Part shown: positions 1-12,626 of the stretch, piece by piece | Numbering within the stretch: position 1 is the first letter of the stretch | Layout of the letters: every line of letters starts with the position of its first letter | Source of the DNA: Neolecta irregularis DAH-3 | Taxonomy: Eukaryota | DNA length: 64,000 nucleotides | NCBI GenBank assembly: GCA_001929475.1 | Contig: LXFE01003012.1 | Location: forward strand, 1-64,000 | Direction of reading: 5' to 3' | Made by a program: the position numbers and the translations under genes | The notes under the pieces: generated by a model | Database searches by the model: none | Told to the model about the DNA's origin: nothing | The model's input: the letters and a program-made list of their open reading frames with translations, nothing else

Positions 1-297
1 AAATTTAAGGATTTCAAGTAATCCTCTTTGTTATCAAGATGTTTGTCGATCCAGCACGAGAACTGCAGCTATTGTGCAACTCGTCTATTCAATAACCAAA
101 GGTCGCACAAGTGTCAAAGCGGTTTCCTGTGGTTTAGAGTTTCCGTGGGATTTTCCCACTTTACGTCCTGGAACCTGATAAACGCCATCTAATCTCGACA
201 TATTTTACTCTTAAACTTTATCTTGCATAATTCCCCTCTCTCAATACATATAATTTGATCCAGTAGCGACCGCATTTCTGACCTTCTTCTCCCCACA

Positions 298-2448
298 ATG
301 ACCGAAGAGACGGAACACCAAACCTACCTGCACTTGCTCAAACAAGATAATCTCTATAATGAAGACCACAAGGATCTAGCTGGTGGTAATGTAACTCGGG
401 TGAAAAAAGAAGATTCTCCAGTCAGCAGTTGGAAGCCAGAAAGTGTCGCCAATCATGATCAAATTTCTCCTACCGACGAGGAATTGGGAACATTGCCAAG
501 AGTCGCAGACTATATACCTCTAAGAGCATGGCTAATTGTGGGTGTCGAACTCTGCGAGAGGCATGCGATCATGCAAATTCTAGTCTAACCTCCAACAGAT
601 TCACATACTATGGCCTAGTCGGTGTACTTCAGGTACGCAATTCTTTTGTTGAATATTTACCAACGTTCCAAGAATTACGTTCAATACAAGCCGGATTCTA
701 AGATTCCCGGTGGTCTAGGGCGCGGTCAACAAAGCGCTACTGCTCTTGGAAATTTTTTCACTTTCTGGTGCCAAGATCTTTGTGTTTTTGTGGCTTTACT
801 AAATATCAAGGTGCTATGTTACTCCCATTATTGGTGCCGTCATTGCGGACCAGTATCTTGGAAAGTACAAGACGATTTGTCTTTTTTGTGCAGTCTACTT
901 CGTCGGCGAACTCATCTTGCTTGGAACCTCAGTACCCGCATCAATTCGCGACGGGCATGCTTTTGGTGGTTATATTACTGCAATCATCATTATTGGTATT
1001 GGAACCGGCGGTATCAAAAGTAACGTGTCGCCGCTGGTGGCCGAACAAGCTCCGTCTATTGCTCGATTTGTCAGGACTGAAAAATCAGGAAAGAAAGTCA
1101 TCGTTGACCCGGCTCTGACAACTCAACGAATCTTTATGTATTTCTACTTTGGAATTAATGTAAGTCATAACCTTTGGACGGTTTGCTGATCGCCAAGGTC
1201 GGTTCATTATCAGCTCTTGCAACGACCAATCTGCGAAGTAGAGTTGGATATTGGGCAGCATTTATTTTACCCACATGCGTTTTCACATTGGCTATTGCTA
1301 TTCTTCTCTTGGGACGAAAGCTATATATTGTACGACCTCCGGAAGACTCCGTCATCTTAAAAGCATTTCAAGCGCTTTGGGTTGCCGCATGCAATGGATT
1401 CAACATGGATGCTGCGAAACCCTCATACCTCGTTTGATCTGTGCTTCAGTATTCAACTAAAAAGCAGACAGCCAAGAAATCCTACCTAAAGGTCAAGTGG
1501 AACGATCAATTTATCGATGAAATCAAGCGAACATTGGTTGCTTGCCGGATCTTTCTATTTTTCCCAATTTACTGGGTAATACCTTGCAAAATTATTTTCC
1601 ATCTAATCTTTTCAGATTTGCTATAGCCAGATTTCGAATGTTTGGTTTTTCCGGGATTACAGGCTGATGTTTAGAATCTCATCTCGCAAGCTGGCGAAAT
1701 GCGACTAGGAAATACACCCAATGACCTGCTTCAAAACCTGAATCCGATCACTCTTATCGTCTTCATTCCCCTTGTTGAACGATTTCTTTATCCTGGTTTG
1801 CGAAAGATCGGTATTCGATTTCTCCCAATCACGCGAATTAGTTGGGGATTTTTTCTTGCAGCTATTGCAATGGCTTATGCCGCAATTGTCGAGCATAGGA
1901 TCTACAACACGGGCCCCTGCTTTTCGCATATCACAGAGAAGTGTTCATCAAACAACATCGGTGTTTGGGTTCAAGTGACACCGCTCCATTGTGTTCATGA
2001 TTGATGTTTTATAGTCTGGCGCTTATATCTTGATTGGACTCAGTGAGATATTCGCTTCCATAAGTGGTCTTGAATATGCCTTTACCAAAGCGTATAGCTT
2101 GAGATCGTCCATCGACCTCTAATGATCTAGTGGTCCTTCTATGAAGTCTTTCGTCATGAGTCTGTTTTTGCTCACCACAGCTGGTGGAGCAATTTTTTCA
2201 ATTGCTCTTAGTTCGGTTGCCGTGCCTCCGAAAATCATGTGGATGTATTCAACAGTTTCTATCATATGCTTTACCACTGGAATCATCTTTTGGTTCACAT
2301 TCAGACATTTAAATGATAAGGAAGATGAAATGAATGGTAGTTCATCAAATATTTTGAACGAACTGATGCTCTAGCTCTTGAGGCACTAGGTACAAAGCCT
2401 CTCGCAATAGTTGAGAAGGCTCAAAATCAACACGAAAATGCTGTATAG
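298..2448 (+). CDS. PTR2: POT/PTR2-family proton-dependent di/tripeptide transporter, copy 1 (10 introns, the first GC-AG)
   Basis: Spliced translation gives ELCERFTYYG (ExxERF motif), ADQYLGKY, GTGGIKSNVSPLVAEQ and GLEYAFTKA; stop TAG at 2446-2448. Confidence 0.93.
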
Positions 2449-3514
2449 ATGTACTCTTTTTGTAAATGATTAAAGGAATTAATGAATAATTCATATTTTC
2501 AGACGAGAAGTCAAAGATAATTCAACCACACCCTATTCTTATTATGATTAGGACCTGTAACATCCATTTTGAGTCCATTTAATTCAAGGAGGTGGAGCGT
2601 TAGCCCGGTTAGCTTTAGTAGCCCTAGAAAAAAACCGGCGCAAAAAAAGAATTGGTTTAGGCGGCAAAGAACCAGAGATTTCGCGATAATTCAAGCACCT
2701 GAAATAGTTGATCAAAACTGCCATTACGCTTGTAACACATATTTCAGTTGTAGAGCTTTGAGGGATTTTGACAACTTGGAGAAATGAGAAAAACGACTCT
2801 TAGACTGAATGAATGGAGGATTATTCACCAGTCCTAAAGGTAGGATTACTTATAGGTAATAGAAGAACAATCAAACATGAAGGTTCATGTTGATATAATT
2901 TCGATTCCCTTGCCCTCGCAAGCGATGTAACGGCAGGTACTTCCTTCGACTCCGCCCCTGAAAGCGGGAATTCATGAACTTCGAATTAGCGGTGTTAAGC
3001 TTGGTGTTTTGTTCAAAGTCAAGCAATGACTGTTTCATTCAACTTGTGTTTTGTTTCTTATCAGATATGTTGTTTCTTCCTATGTTCACTCTTCGTAGTT
3101 CTATCCTCGCTCAGGTAGTACTAGACAAACCAAATAGATACATGGCTTTTACGATAATTTACACATCTTCGTGCCACATGCTACAACAGGGTTGATAGAT
3201 AGCAGGGGTATCATAGCCATCTTGTCAAAATGGATTAGCATTTGTCGTTATATTCTTCTACGCCGGCAGACAGTGCGAGCCTTGCTCGTTTATCATTTGG
3301 CCTCGTGCTGACTAAATAAAGTCTATTACTACCCTCGCAAAAGCGTGGGTAATTTTGTTCATATAAGAAGCATGTTTCCTTTTCTCCAGGATTAGTGGAT
3401 GTCTAGAAAAGTCTACTTCACTTATCAAATAAATCTTTTTCTGGGCCGATTGTTGCTATTCCTTTTAAAAGGCCTATCGATTTGCTACCATGACCATTGC
3501 TAGAGCCAAGAACA

Positions 3515-5686
3515 ATGTCTGGCAAGATCCAAGATAGTACTCGTCATCACGAAGTGGGACACGAGCGCGAAGTCATTGATCTAACCAAGGATCTGGCTGG
3601 TCATTATCAAGATAATCTCTTCGACCCAACCGACGAAGAATTAAGGACATTGAGGCGTGTATCTGACAAAATCCCCTTCCGAGCATTCTTAGTCATAATT
3701 ATTGAATTATGCGAACGGTGTGAGCTTTCCTGGAATGAAATTTGACTAGCAGCTTTACCTACTACGGGCTGACTGCAGTATTCCAGGTTGACCTGGATTA
3801 TATGGTGTATTCTGAATGAAAAGGATTACGTTCAATACGGCCCTGATTCAGAGATCCCAGGCGGCCTTGATCTGGGGCAGATAGGTGCTACAGCTTTGTC
3901 TAATTACTTTTCTTTCTGGTATATCATTGACCGCTTTCCAAGAACATTTCAAGCCTATGTAGGTGTTATGTATGTTTCCAATTGCAGATCAGACTCAATC
4001 TCAAGGTCACTCCAATCTTCGGTGCTATCATAGCCGACCAATATCTCGGAAAATACAAAACTATCTGCTACTTTGCCATCATCTATTTCATCGGCCAGTT
4101 GATCCTCTTGGGAACCTCAGTACCAGCTTCAATTCGTAAAGGGTATAGTCTTTGGGGCTATATCGTTGCAACTATAACAATTGGTCTTGGGGCAGGGGGT
4201 ATCAAGAGCAATGTCTCGCCATTAGTAGCAGAACAAGCCCCAAGTATCAAGAGATATATCAGGATTGAACCAGATGGCGAAAGAGTCATAGTCGATCCAG
4301 CAATCACAACCCAGCGGATATTTATGTACTTCTACTTAGGAATTAATGTATAGCCCCTTTCAGATCCGTTCCTAACACAAGCATATTAGATCGGTTCTCT
4401 TTCTGCCTTAGCAACGCCAAATCTTCGTGCTCATGTTGGCTACTGGGCTGCATTTCTTCTCCCAACATGTGCTTTCATTCTAGGTAGTATCGCTCTTGTC
4501 ATGGGAAGACGGTTGTATATTGTCAGGCCACCCGAGGGCTCTGTAATCGTGAAGGCATTTCAAGCGCTATGGGTTGCTGCATGGAATGGATTTGACATGG
4601 ACGCTGCAAAGCCATCGAGAGAGGTACACAGGATAAATTTAGGAATATATTAACGACATGGGCTGGTCGAAAAGCTCATTTAAAAGTGAAATGGGATGAC
4701 AAATTTATTGATGAGATCAAGAGAAGTTTAGTAGCTTGCAGAATATTTCTATTCTACCCACTTTATTGGGTAAATTATAGTATATTTCCAGCTCGCTTAC
4801 ATCCTAGACCTGCTATAATCAGGCTTCGAACGTACTTCAACCCCTTTAATATCACAGTGACATTTGAGAATTTGATTTCTCAAGCTGGCGAGATGGAACT
4901 AGGTAATACGCCAAACGATTTACTGATAAATATCGATCCTATCGCACTCGTTATATTCATTCCCATTTTCGATCGATTCTTATATCCATATCTCCGTCGA
5001 ATTGGTATTCGGTTTCTTCCCATAACTCGTATCACATATGGCTTCTTCTCTGCATCTATTGGTATGGCATACACAGCTATACTTGAGCATGTAATATATT
5101 CCACTGGACCGTGCTACATCCATCTCACTGAAAGCTGTCCCCAAAACAACATTGGAGTTTGGACACAGGTACCTATCCCTTATAACGCTTCTCCTAATTC
5201 CTCGTAGTCTGGTATTTATGTGTACCCACAACAATCGAAAAATACTTTCAAACTAACCTTACTAGACTAATTGCAATTTCAGAAATATTCACTTCAATTA
5301 CAGGTCTTGAATATGCTTTTACAAAGGCGTAATTGTGGTCTATTCTCTATTTAGCTGACTTGGAAGTGGACCCTCGATGAAGTCATTTGTTATGAGTCTA
5401 TATCTCTTCACAATGGCTGGTGGATCTTTAATTTCTCTAGCTCTGAGCTATGTTTCAAGTCCTCCTAAGATCTTGTGGATGTATACTGCGATCTCGATCG
5501 TCGCTTTCGCCGGTGGAATTGCCTTTTGGATTTGCTTCCGTCATTTAAATGAGAAAGAAGATGATATGAATGGTATATGACATTTTTTATAGCTCTTCAA
5601 CTAATAAAATATAAGCTCTTGAAGCATCTAGCATCCAACCGATGCACATTACTCATGAGAAATCCACCAGTAATGCAGCTTTATAG
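3515..5686 (+). CDS. PTR2: POT/PTR2-family peptide transporter, tandem copy 2 (12 introns)
   Basis: Same motifs as copy 1 (ELCERFTYYG, GAGGIKSNVSPLVAEQ, GLEYAFTKA) and 10 shared intron positions; one intron needs a GG acceptor. Confidence 0.9.
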
Positions 5687-5772
5687 ATACTAGAATTCAA
5701 CTCCCATTTCCCATATATACAGTTGATATAAACATAAAAGTCCCACGAATGGATATATATAATATTTTTGCG

Positions 5773-8700
5773 TTAGAAATTTTCCGATCTGAACCAAGAT
5801 CCACTCGTGAGCGGTGCAAACCGAATTTTCTTTCTAAATGTCAGAATCTAGTTGTTGCTAAGGCGTTCAACTTTGCTGGCTCTGCAGTTGACTCTTCCAC
5901 AGGTTCGTCCCATTTTTTCCCTTCATTGAAAATGACGCAATCTCCTAGAAAGTCTAGTAATTCCTTTTCGACCGAAACTGGGGCCTTCTTATTGGATGGC
6001 CCTGGAGAGATATATATTACTGGAGCTGCTCGGACTCCTTGTCCAGCAGCTAGCTTCTGCAAAGATTGTGAAGAAACTTGTGTAAGAACTGGTGATGTTG
6101 TTTGTTCAGTGATTGTGGAAACTTCTAAAGAAAGACTTTCCCTTTCGATGTTCGTGCAAGTTTGCTTTGTTTTCCATTGAGGACCAACAGGCGATTGGTT
6201 GATTTCTTTGGTTTTGAGGATTTCATGCTCCAATTTAGTCACAGAATTTCTTGCAGGCCTGATTGGACTTTGGTCGAAAAGATCCTCGAATGATTTTGAA
6301 ATATGATCACCAGAACTATTATCCTGCTCTGTCATCGAAGTCATTGCATAATTCATCATATCAGTGTCAACAGAGGAATCATAGTGATCTCTACAGATCT
6401 CATCCTCCCAGTTCTGACTTTTGAAGTGGGAAACCTCTTGATGTGGTCCAGATTGCTGCGGCGTATCAATGACTTTAAGATCTTGGATGATTTTGTTGTC
6501 ACAAACGCCACGGGCGGTACGATCGCAAGGATTTTTAAAGTCATCAAGATCATTGATTTTGATCTGTTTATGTAAGACACTTGCTCGTTTACCTTTTGAT
6601 ACTCTTGTCACTTGTTGGGAAACCTTTGATATGTGGGCCTTTGATCTCTTAGGAGGTCGTTCAGTCCCATCTCGGCAACAAATATGACGACAGCTTCCAG
6701 TTAGTTTTATTTCACAAAAGAAAACTTACTTGTTACGATTTTTACACTTATGATTGCATCTATAGTTCCCATTTGGCAAACGGTCTAGTTCCTCATCTGG
6801 TGAAACATCTTGATTGTATGTTTCTGCCGTATAGCGGGAACCCTGCTCGATGGAATGTACACCATGGTCGAAGGACAATTCTCCGAGATGGCCAAACTCA
6901 AGATCTCCAGCTAGATCGTTGAGAACTCGAAAGGATAACGGTCGAACCTATGGCATCAAAGGCAGCGTCTTCATAATCACTCTCGTTTGATACATCAACT
7001 ACTTTCGCTGCTATCTGTCGAAATTGGTGAGATTCAACGTCTGGTTGAAACCGATTAGTCACTGTCGTTCCAACGAGATCTTCACAAAATACCGTAGTAA
7101 TAATGACTTGTGACGAAATGAGACGGACATTGAGATCGAATTCTACACCACCATCCAATTTGAAGACGCTATCTTGTTAGTTCCGTGCAACTGATTCGCA
7201 TACGCAAGTCTTCTGAAATCCAGGAGGCATCCATCAGATGTCTCCATAAGTAAATCGGCAAATAGAACCTGTCCGTTGAGACGCTTTTGAATTGTCTTAT
7301 TCGCAAGCCCGATTTTGATCTTCAATCCGATCTGAAGCGGGCCGAAGCCATCTGAAAACTTCATTGTTAATGAGATTCGGAATCTATCATGTACCTGACT
7401 CGTCTCTTGGACCTGTAATTCAAACTTGGGAATCGAGTGCAAGGCATCCACAATAGTCGTCCCAAAAGGTGGATTTCTTTTGAGAATGTATTCAATTTTC
7501 TGTGCATCTATGTTTCGAAGTTGTTCAAAGTTTTGAATGTCATGATTGACAAATGTCTTAACTGCCACCTCTCCCAGGCCTTTCAGTTGCCGTAACATCA
7601 AAGGCGTGTTTTCCCAACATCGAGCTTTGAAGCATCGTGACAATTCCAAAGTGTTACGGATTGAAATACTATCTGGACTTTGTAGTCGACAGTCGATGAT
7701 ACAGCGAACAAGTCGATGAATATGTTGATGAGCCAATGCCTTGTCCATGTTGTGTTGGTGCAAATGAGCTCCATAGTTGTCTTTGTAACGTGAGAGTTGG
7801 ATATTTCCAAGATCAGCCTACCAATAAAATTTGAATTATCGGGATGAGGACAAACCTGCAGGAGAATGAACATCTTGTCTGCAACACTGTCTACCTTTCC
7901 TTTAAGTTGATATCTGATTTGGTTGTCCTTATTGATCTCATTGTAGAACGATTTCTCGCCAGTACGAGGACGCAACTCTTGGAACTCTTCGGCTTTACAA
8001 AGAACCTCCAGCTAACATTGAGCAAATACGAAAATTGGGAAACGCACAATATCTCTAGGTCTTGCTTTGTCCTTGATATTGACAATACACTTCATTGTTT
8101 CATAGCGAACGTAGTATCTGGCAGCGGCGTCTCCGTATACTGTCGACACTAATCGTTCATTCTTCTCGTCCACCAGTTTGATTTCTTTCAAAAGGTCGAG
8201 ATCACGTCTACAAATTGTTTCTAATTGCTGGTCTCGGTCTCTACCTTCGATATTATAGTGGGTAGGATTCGAAGCAATCCGAACATAAAAGAAAGTCAAT
8301 TTGAGCCAGTCGATTGCAGATTGTAGAGTGGCGATTGTTCCCAGACCAATCTCAGCATTGATATGTTCTCGAAGATTTTCGTGTAATGTACTTTCCAGTA
8401 CTTGCGTCCCTCCAGCAAGCTGGGTGTATTTATCTTTTTTATCCGCTCTAGTAAGAATCACAGCTTATATAATGAATGAAGGTCTCAATGCCGATTGTAC
8501 CTGTCCCAGAGTCCTCGAATTGCGGCCTTCCCGCTCTACCCATCATTTGAAGAATCGCCAAGTCAGTGTACTCTTCGAATCTGCTGCCAACATAAGACAG
8601 AGTGTTCTTAACAATGACGAGATGTGCCGGTAAGTTGATTCCAACAGCAAGCGTCGAAGTACAACAGATAACCATAATTTTACCTTCAAGGAAGCTCCGT

Positions 8701-10548
8701 TCTAGAAGTTGTCGATCGCTCTGTTCGAGGCCGGCATGATGAAACCCTACACCTACTTTGCCGACATCCGAAAGTTCTTTGTCCTTGAACGTAATGGCAC
8801 CTTGCTGAACCCAAGGTTTAGGAGACTTTTCTTTGTATTCCTTACAAATCTGCTTAGCAGCGTCGACAGAAGCCTTTCGAGTACTGCAAAAGACAATGGT
8901 TGGCTTATTGTCTGAGTAAGTTTTGATTGTGGACATCAACCTAATGAGTCAATGAACGCTGTAACATGAATTTACTTGAACGACAGTACACGGTCGAATT
9001 GAAAGTCGTTGTCAGATTGCTTCTGACAGAAGCCAAGGACATGTTTATTCAATTTTACAGGACGAAATTCTTCACCGAAACGCAGAGCTATGGCAGGTCC
9101 TATTTTGTGTGAGTCTACAAACAGAGAGGACAAATGATACCCAACTCTCGATTCCCCTTTCTTATCCATAGTGCGACGTCATCAATATTAGGCACAGTGG
9201 CGCTCAGGGCGATGATGCGAATGTCCTTTGCTAGGGTCTGCATCCGCGAGACAACGACTTCAAGAGTTGCTCCTCGTTTTTCGGAAAGCATGTGGACTTC
9301 GTCAATCTGTCAATCAGAGAAACCCCTTTAAGCATCGAACCAAAAACAATTTGACGAGATCCAAAAGTTTCCTGTGATCACGCCATCTGCGGGTCATTGA
9401 ATCCCATTTCTCTGGTGTTGTGATTCTAAAATGGTCGTAAGAAGGAAGGAGTAAGTAGCATACATGATATCACTTTCTTTCACAGATGAGAGCTGAGCAG
9501 CATCTGTGTCGCCAGTCATTTCCCCACCTAAATATAAGAATACTTTCCAGCATAGACCTTACAGTTGATACCCAACCCACCAAATTTCTTGCTCCAATCT
9601 CGAACACGTTCGTTGCATAGTGCTTTCGTTGGTGCCATGTATATGATTTTGCAACCTGTAGGAGACATATTGAATAATTTGCATATAGCAATTTCGAACA
9701 GAACCGTCTTCCCAGAGCCTGTTGGGGAGGAAATTACTACGTTTGAAGAATTGTACCAAACTTCGGGAATACAAGCGGACTGGACAGCATTAAATAATGG
9801 GAAAGAAAAGACTTTTTGGTATTTTTCGGGTAGAAGACGAATTGATTGTAAATGAACTCCATTAATTACAGGAGCTGCCTCGTTCTTTGCATAATAAGAA
9901 CCATGCTTTACTTGTGGATTATCGGGGGTACTTTTAGGATAAGAGCTCTTTAGGTAATCTTTATGCTGTCTGTATGCGAAAGGGGTAGAATGAGACTGTT
10001 CAAACTTTGAAGGCCATTGGCCCTGGTGGCCATGATATTGCCGTTCCTGAAGAGGCAACTGTCTCGTTCGTTGCTGAGTCTTGTTATACGCTCGCTTCAA
10101 AGCGCTCTTTTTGTTATTCGCAGGTTGCGTTCGTCTACCAGAAAGCGGGCTGCTGCACATGTTGTATTTAATGCCAAGTGTCCTCCTTTGATTCGGAGGA
10201 GATGAATTGGAGTTGGAGCGAAATTTTGCTGGAGCGTCAGATACAAGGATCTCAGCAAATGATATTTACATAAACCGTGTTTCTGAATGGTTGCTCTGTT
10301 GGAAGGACTCGGTTGCGGTTCAGTGGCAATGACTGGTTCTGGTTCATGCAGCAACTGATCGTCTAAGATCAGTTGCGAATCTCTGAACAGCTACCGAAGG
10401 CGTCCCATTGATATTCTGGGGATTCCTGAAGGTTAAATGGATAGAGATGGCTCTGACTAGTCTGATAATCTTGATGTGCGTGAGAATGTGGGTAGTATGA
10501 CAAGGGGTTAGGAGAGTAGCTGCTCTCGTGTCCATTATAGTAGCCCAT
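5773..10548 (-). CDS. MER3: Meiotic Ski2-like DExH helicase Mer3/HFM1 (about 15 introns)
   Basis: SPTGSGKT (motif I), IDEVH, ALSAT, TSTLAVGINLPAHLV, QMMGRAGRPQF, a Sec63/Brl-like region and C-terminal CNHKCK..CRHICC; start codon approximate. Confidence 0.9.
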
Positions 10549-10964
10549 TTAAGCACAAGGTAGCAGAACTATAGCGAGTGGACGGTATGGTGGGTGGTGA
10601 GTGGTTCCCTGATACAGAAACGCCAATCATAAGGCTATTTTTTGGGCCCGTGCAGTAGCAAAACACGCTCCAATGTTCCAGGATTAAGATATGCTGCAAG
10701 GGGTTATTTGGTAATGCGGCATTTTGACTATATGAGATAATCCAACGTGTGTTTCCTTGTAACTGATATCGCTTTACACGTAGAAACTGAGTGACAATCT
10801 CCAGGTACAGAAACCATATAAACCCACAAACCTAGCAGTACCAAGCTGTAGCACTAGCCAATCTGTCGAGTCCAGCTGACAGTATATATATTTGTCCTGT
10901 AGAAGAACGGTCCAAGTTCAACACCACGCTCCCTGTAAAAACATGCTTCCCAACGCTTCTTCGC

Positions 10965-12176
10965 ATGGCTCGCAAGCGAGGACTGGTTACACTGTATATC
11001 CCATAGCTATGGGGATCAGGAACTGATGCCGTGCAGAAGCCTCAGGAGACGCAATTTTCTACCTCAGCCCAACACCGGGCAAGTGTGCTTGCGTTAGGTT
11101 CAATATCGCATTTGCAACATCACTTTGCTCGATCGGGCATCAAATTGACAGGAACCTTGGGGCAGTACAAGAAACAGACGTATCAGGACTCGTCCTACGG
11201 AAGTTTATGCAGCTCGCCAGAGCCTGAAGAAGAGATTCCCAGGCCTCCGACTCCCAAACAACCTACATACATCCAAGGCGCTGCGAAATCCATTGATCCC
11301 GAGAGACTCAGAGCCCGGTTAGATACAGATCTGGAGAAATGCCGCCTAGAATGGTCTACAGGTGATCTTGTCGAAGAAAAAGCAATCGACCTGGTTACCT
11401 TTGCAACTTTTGCAATTCGATCTGCCAGAGCGTATAGTACTCAGAGCATACCAAACATCATGCCTGACGAAGAGAAGGCGATGCGTACAAAGACTGTTGA
11501 TTGTCTTGGAGTACTACGCAGGATTGCGGAAAGAGACGGAAAAGGCGGTGTTACGGCAGACGAATGTAACTTGTTGCTCGCATGGGTTCACCAATTACAA
11601 GTCTATCTCAGAAAAACAGATGAAGAGACTGAAGAAAGGCTACAAACTAGCTTGACTTGGATCCAAGGAGATTGGACAGATCGAGAATTAGGTTACTTCT
11701 CATTGTGCTTCAATCTGCTTATATATACAGATCGGTACCATCTTTTCTTGCTGTACTTTGATCCATCTCCAACGCCAATACCCTCGCCATCAGATATACC
11801 CGCTTTCCTCGATGCTTTACGCCCTGGACTCCGCTTATGCCTGATCCACAATGCCTGTACTCGAAGATCGCGACGTCCTTTCGGCTATATATCACGTCAT
11901 CATCTTGACACAAAAATCCGTTATCGAGCAACAGAAAACCTCTCCTACTGGAGAAAAGCCATTGAAGAGCGCTGGGATGTCGAAGCTGATAAATTCTCGG
12001 TGCGAGAAATCATTGAGGAAACCAAAATCGGCGACGCGATGCTTCTTGACACTGTTAAACGATGGTGTCAAATTGTTATAAATGAAATATCCGGCGATCT
12101 TAATGTCAGGAGATTGGCTCCTGTTACCAATGGAGAAAAGGCATTTGCCGCCAAAGACGAAGGAGCTGCAGCCTAA
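10965..12176 (+). CDS. Conserved fungal hypothetical protein with a possible calponin-homology-like C-terminal region
   Basis: Long ORF with RASVLALGSISHLQHHFARSG and LRPGLRLCLIHN...YRATENL; short first exon MARKRGL joined by a GT-AG intron. Confidence 0.65.
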
Positions 12177-12483
12177 ATACTTAGCGTAGATAAATACTTT
12201 TACTATAATCTTTAGCCTTTTGTTTGGGTTCAACTAGTTGTAGCATTTAATAATGTTTGACCGAGTTCTTTGCAATTAATTGATGCGTTTCGCTTTCTCG
12301 ACCAGTAACGATACAGTGTTGTACGAGACATCCTTTCTGGGGGTTTGCAGTATGGTTGTACTATTCTCCTTTATATCAACCAACTCCAGAAGCCGGCGGC
12401 AAATACAGCGCCCTTTTTCTAAGTAAATTACATATAACAATCTCTTTCGAATACAATACCTTCTTTTGCTTCAATATTATCTA

Positions 12484-12626
12484 ACGTGGTTTATGGGGCT
12501 TTGGGTCATATGGGGCTTTGGGTCAGGCTCTATGATTATAGGTCTTATTATAACCCATTGTTGTTGCGAACGCGTGGCCAAGGTGGAGCGACGGCGGGAC
12601 GTGACCCAAAGCCCCATAAACCACGC
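12484..12626. mobile_element. MITE of about 143 bp, probably Tc1/mariner-pogo (Fot1-like) derived
   Basis: Perfect 24-bp inverted repeats CGTGGTTTATGGGGCTTTGGGTCA at 12485-12508 and 12602-12625, with TA one base further out on each side; 17-bp TIR core duplicated at 12509-12525. Confidence 0.8.

Noticed and set aside
2895-3000. TTCGATTCCC resembling a tRNA T-loop
   Set aside because: No cloverleaf, A-box or acceptor stem could be built.
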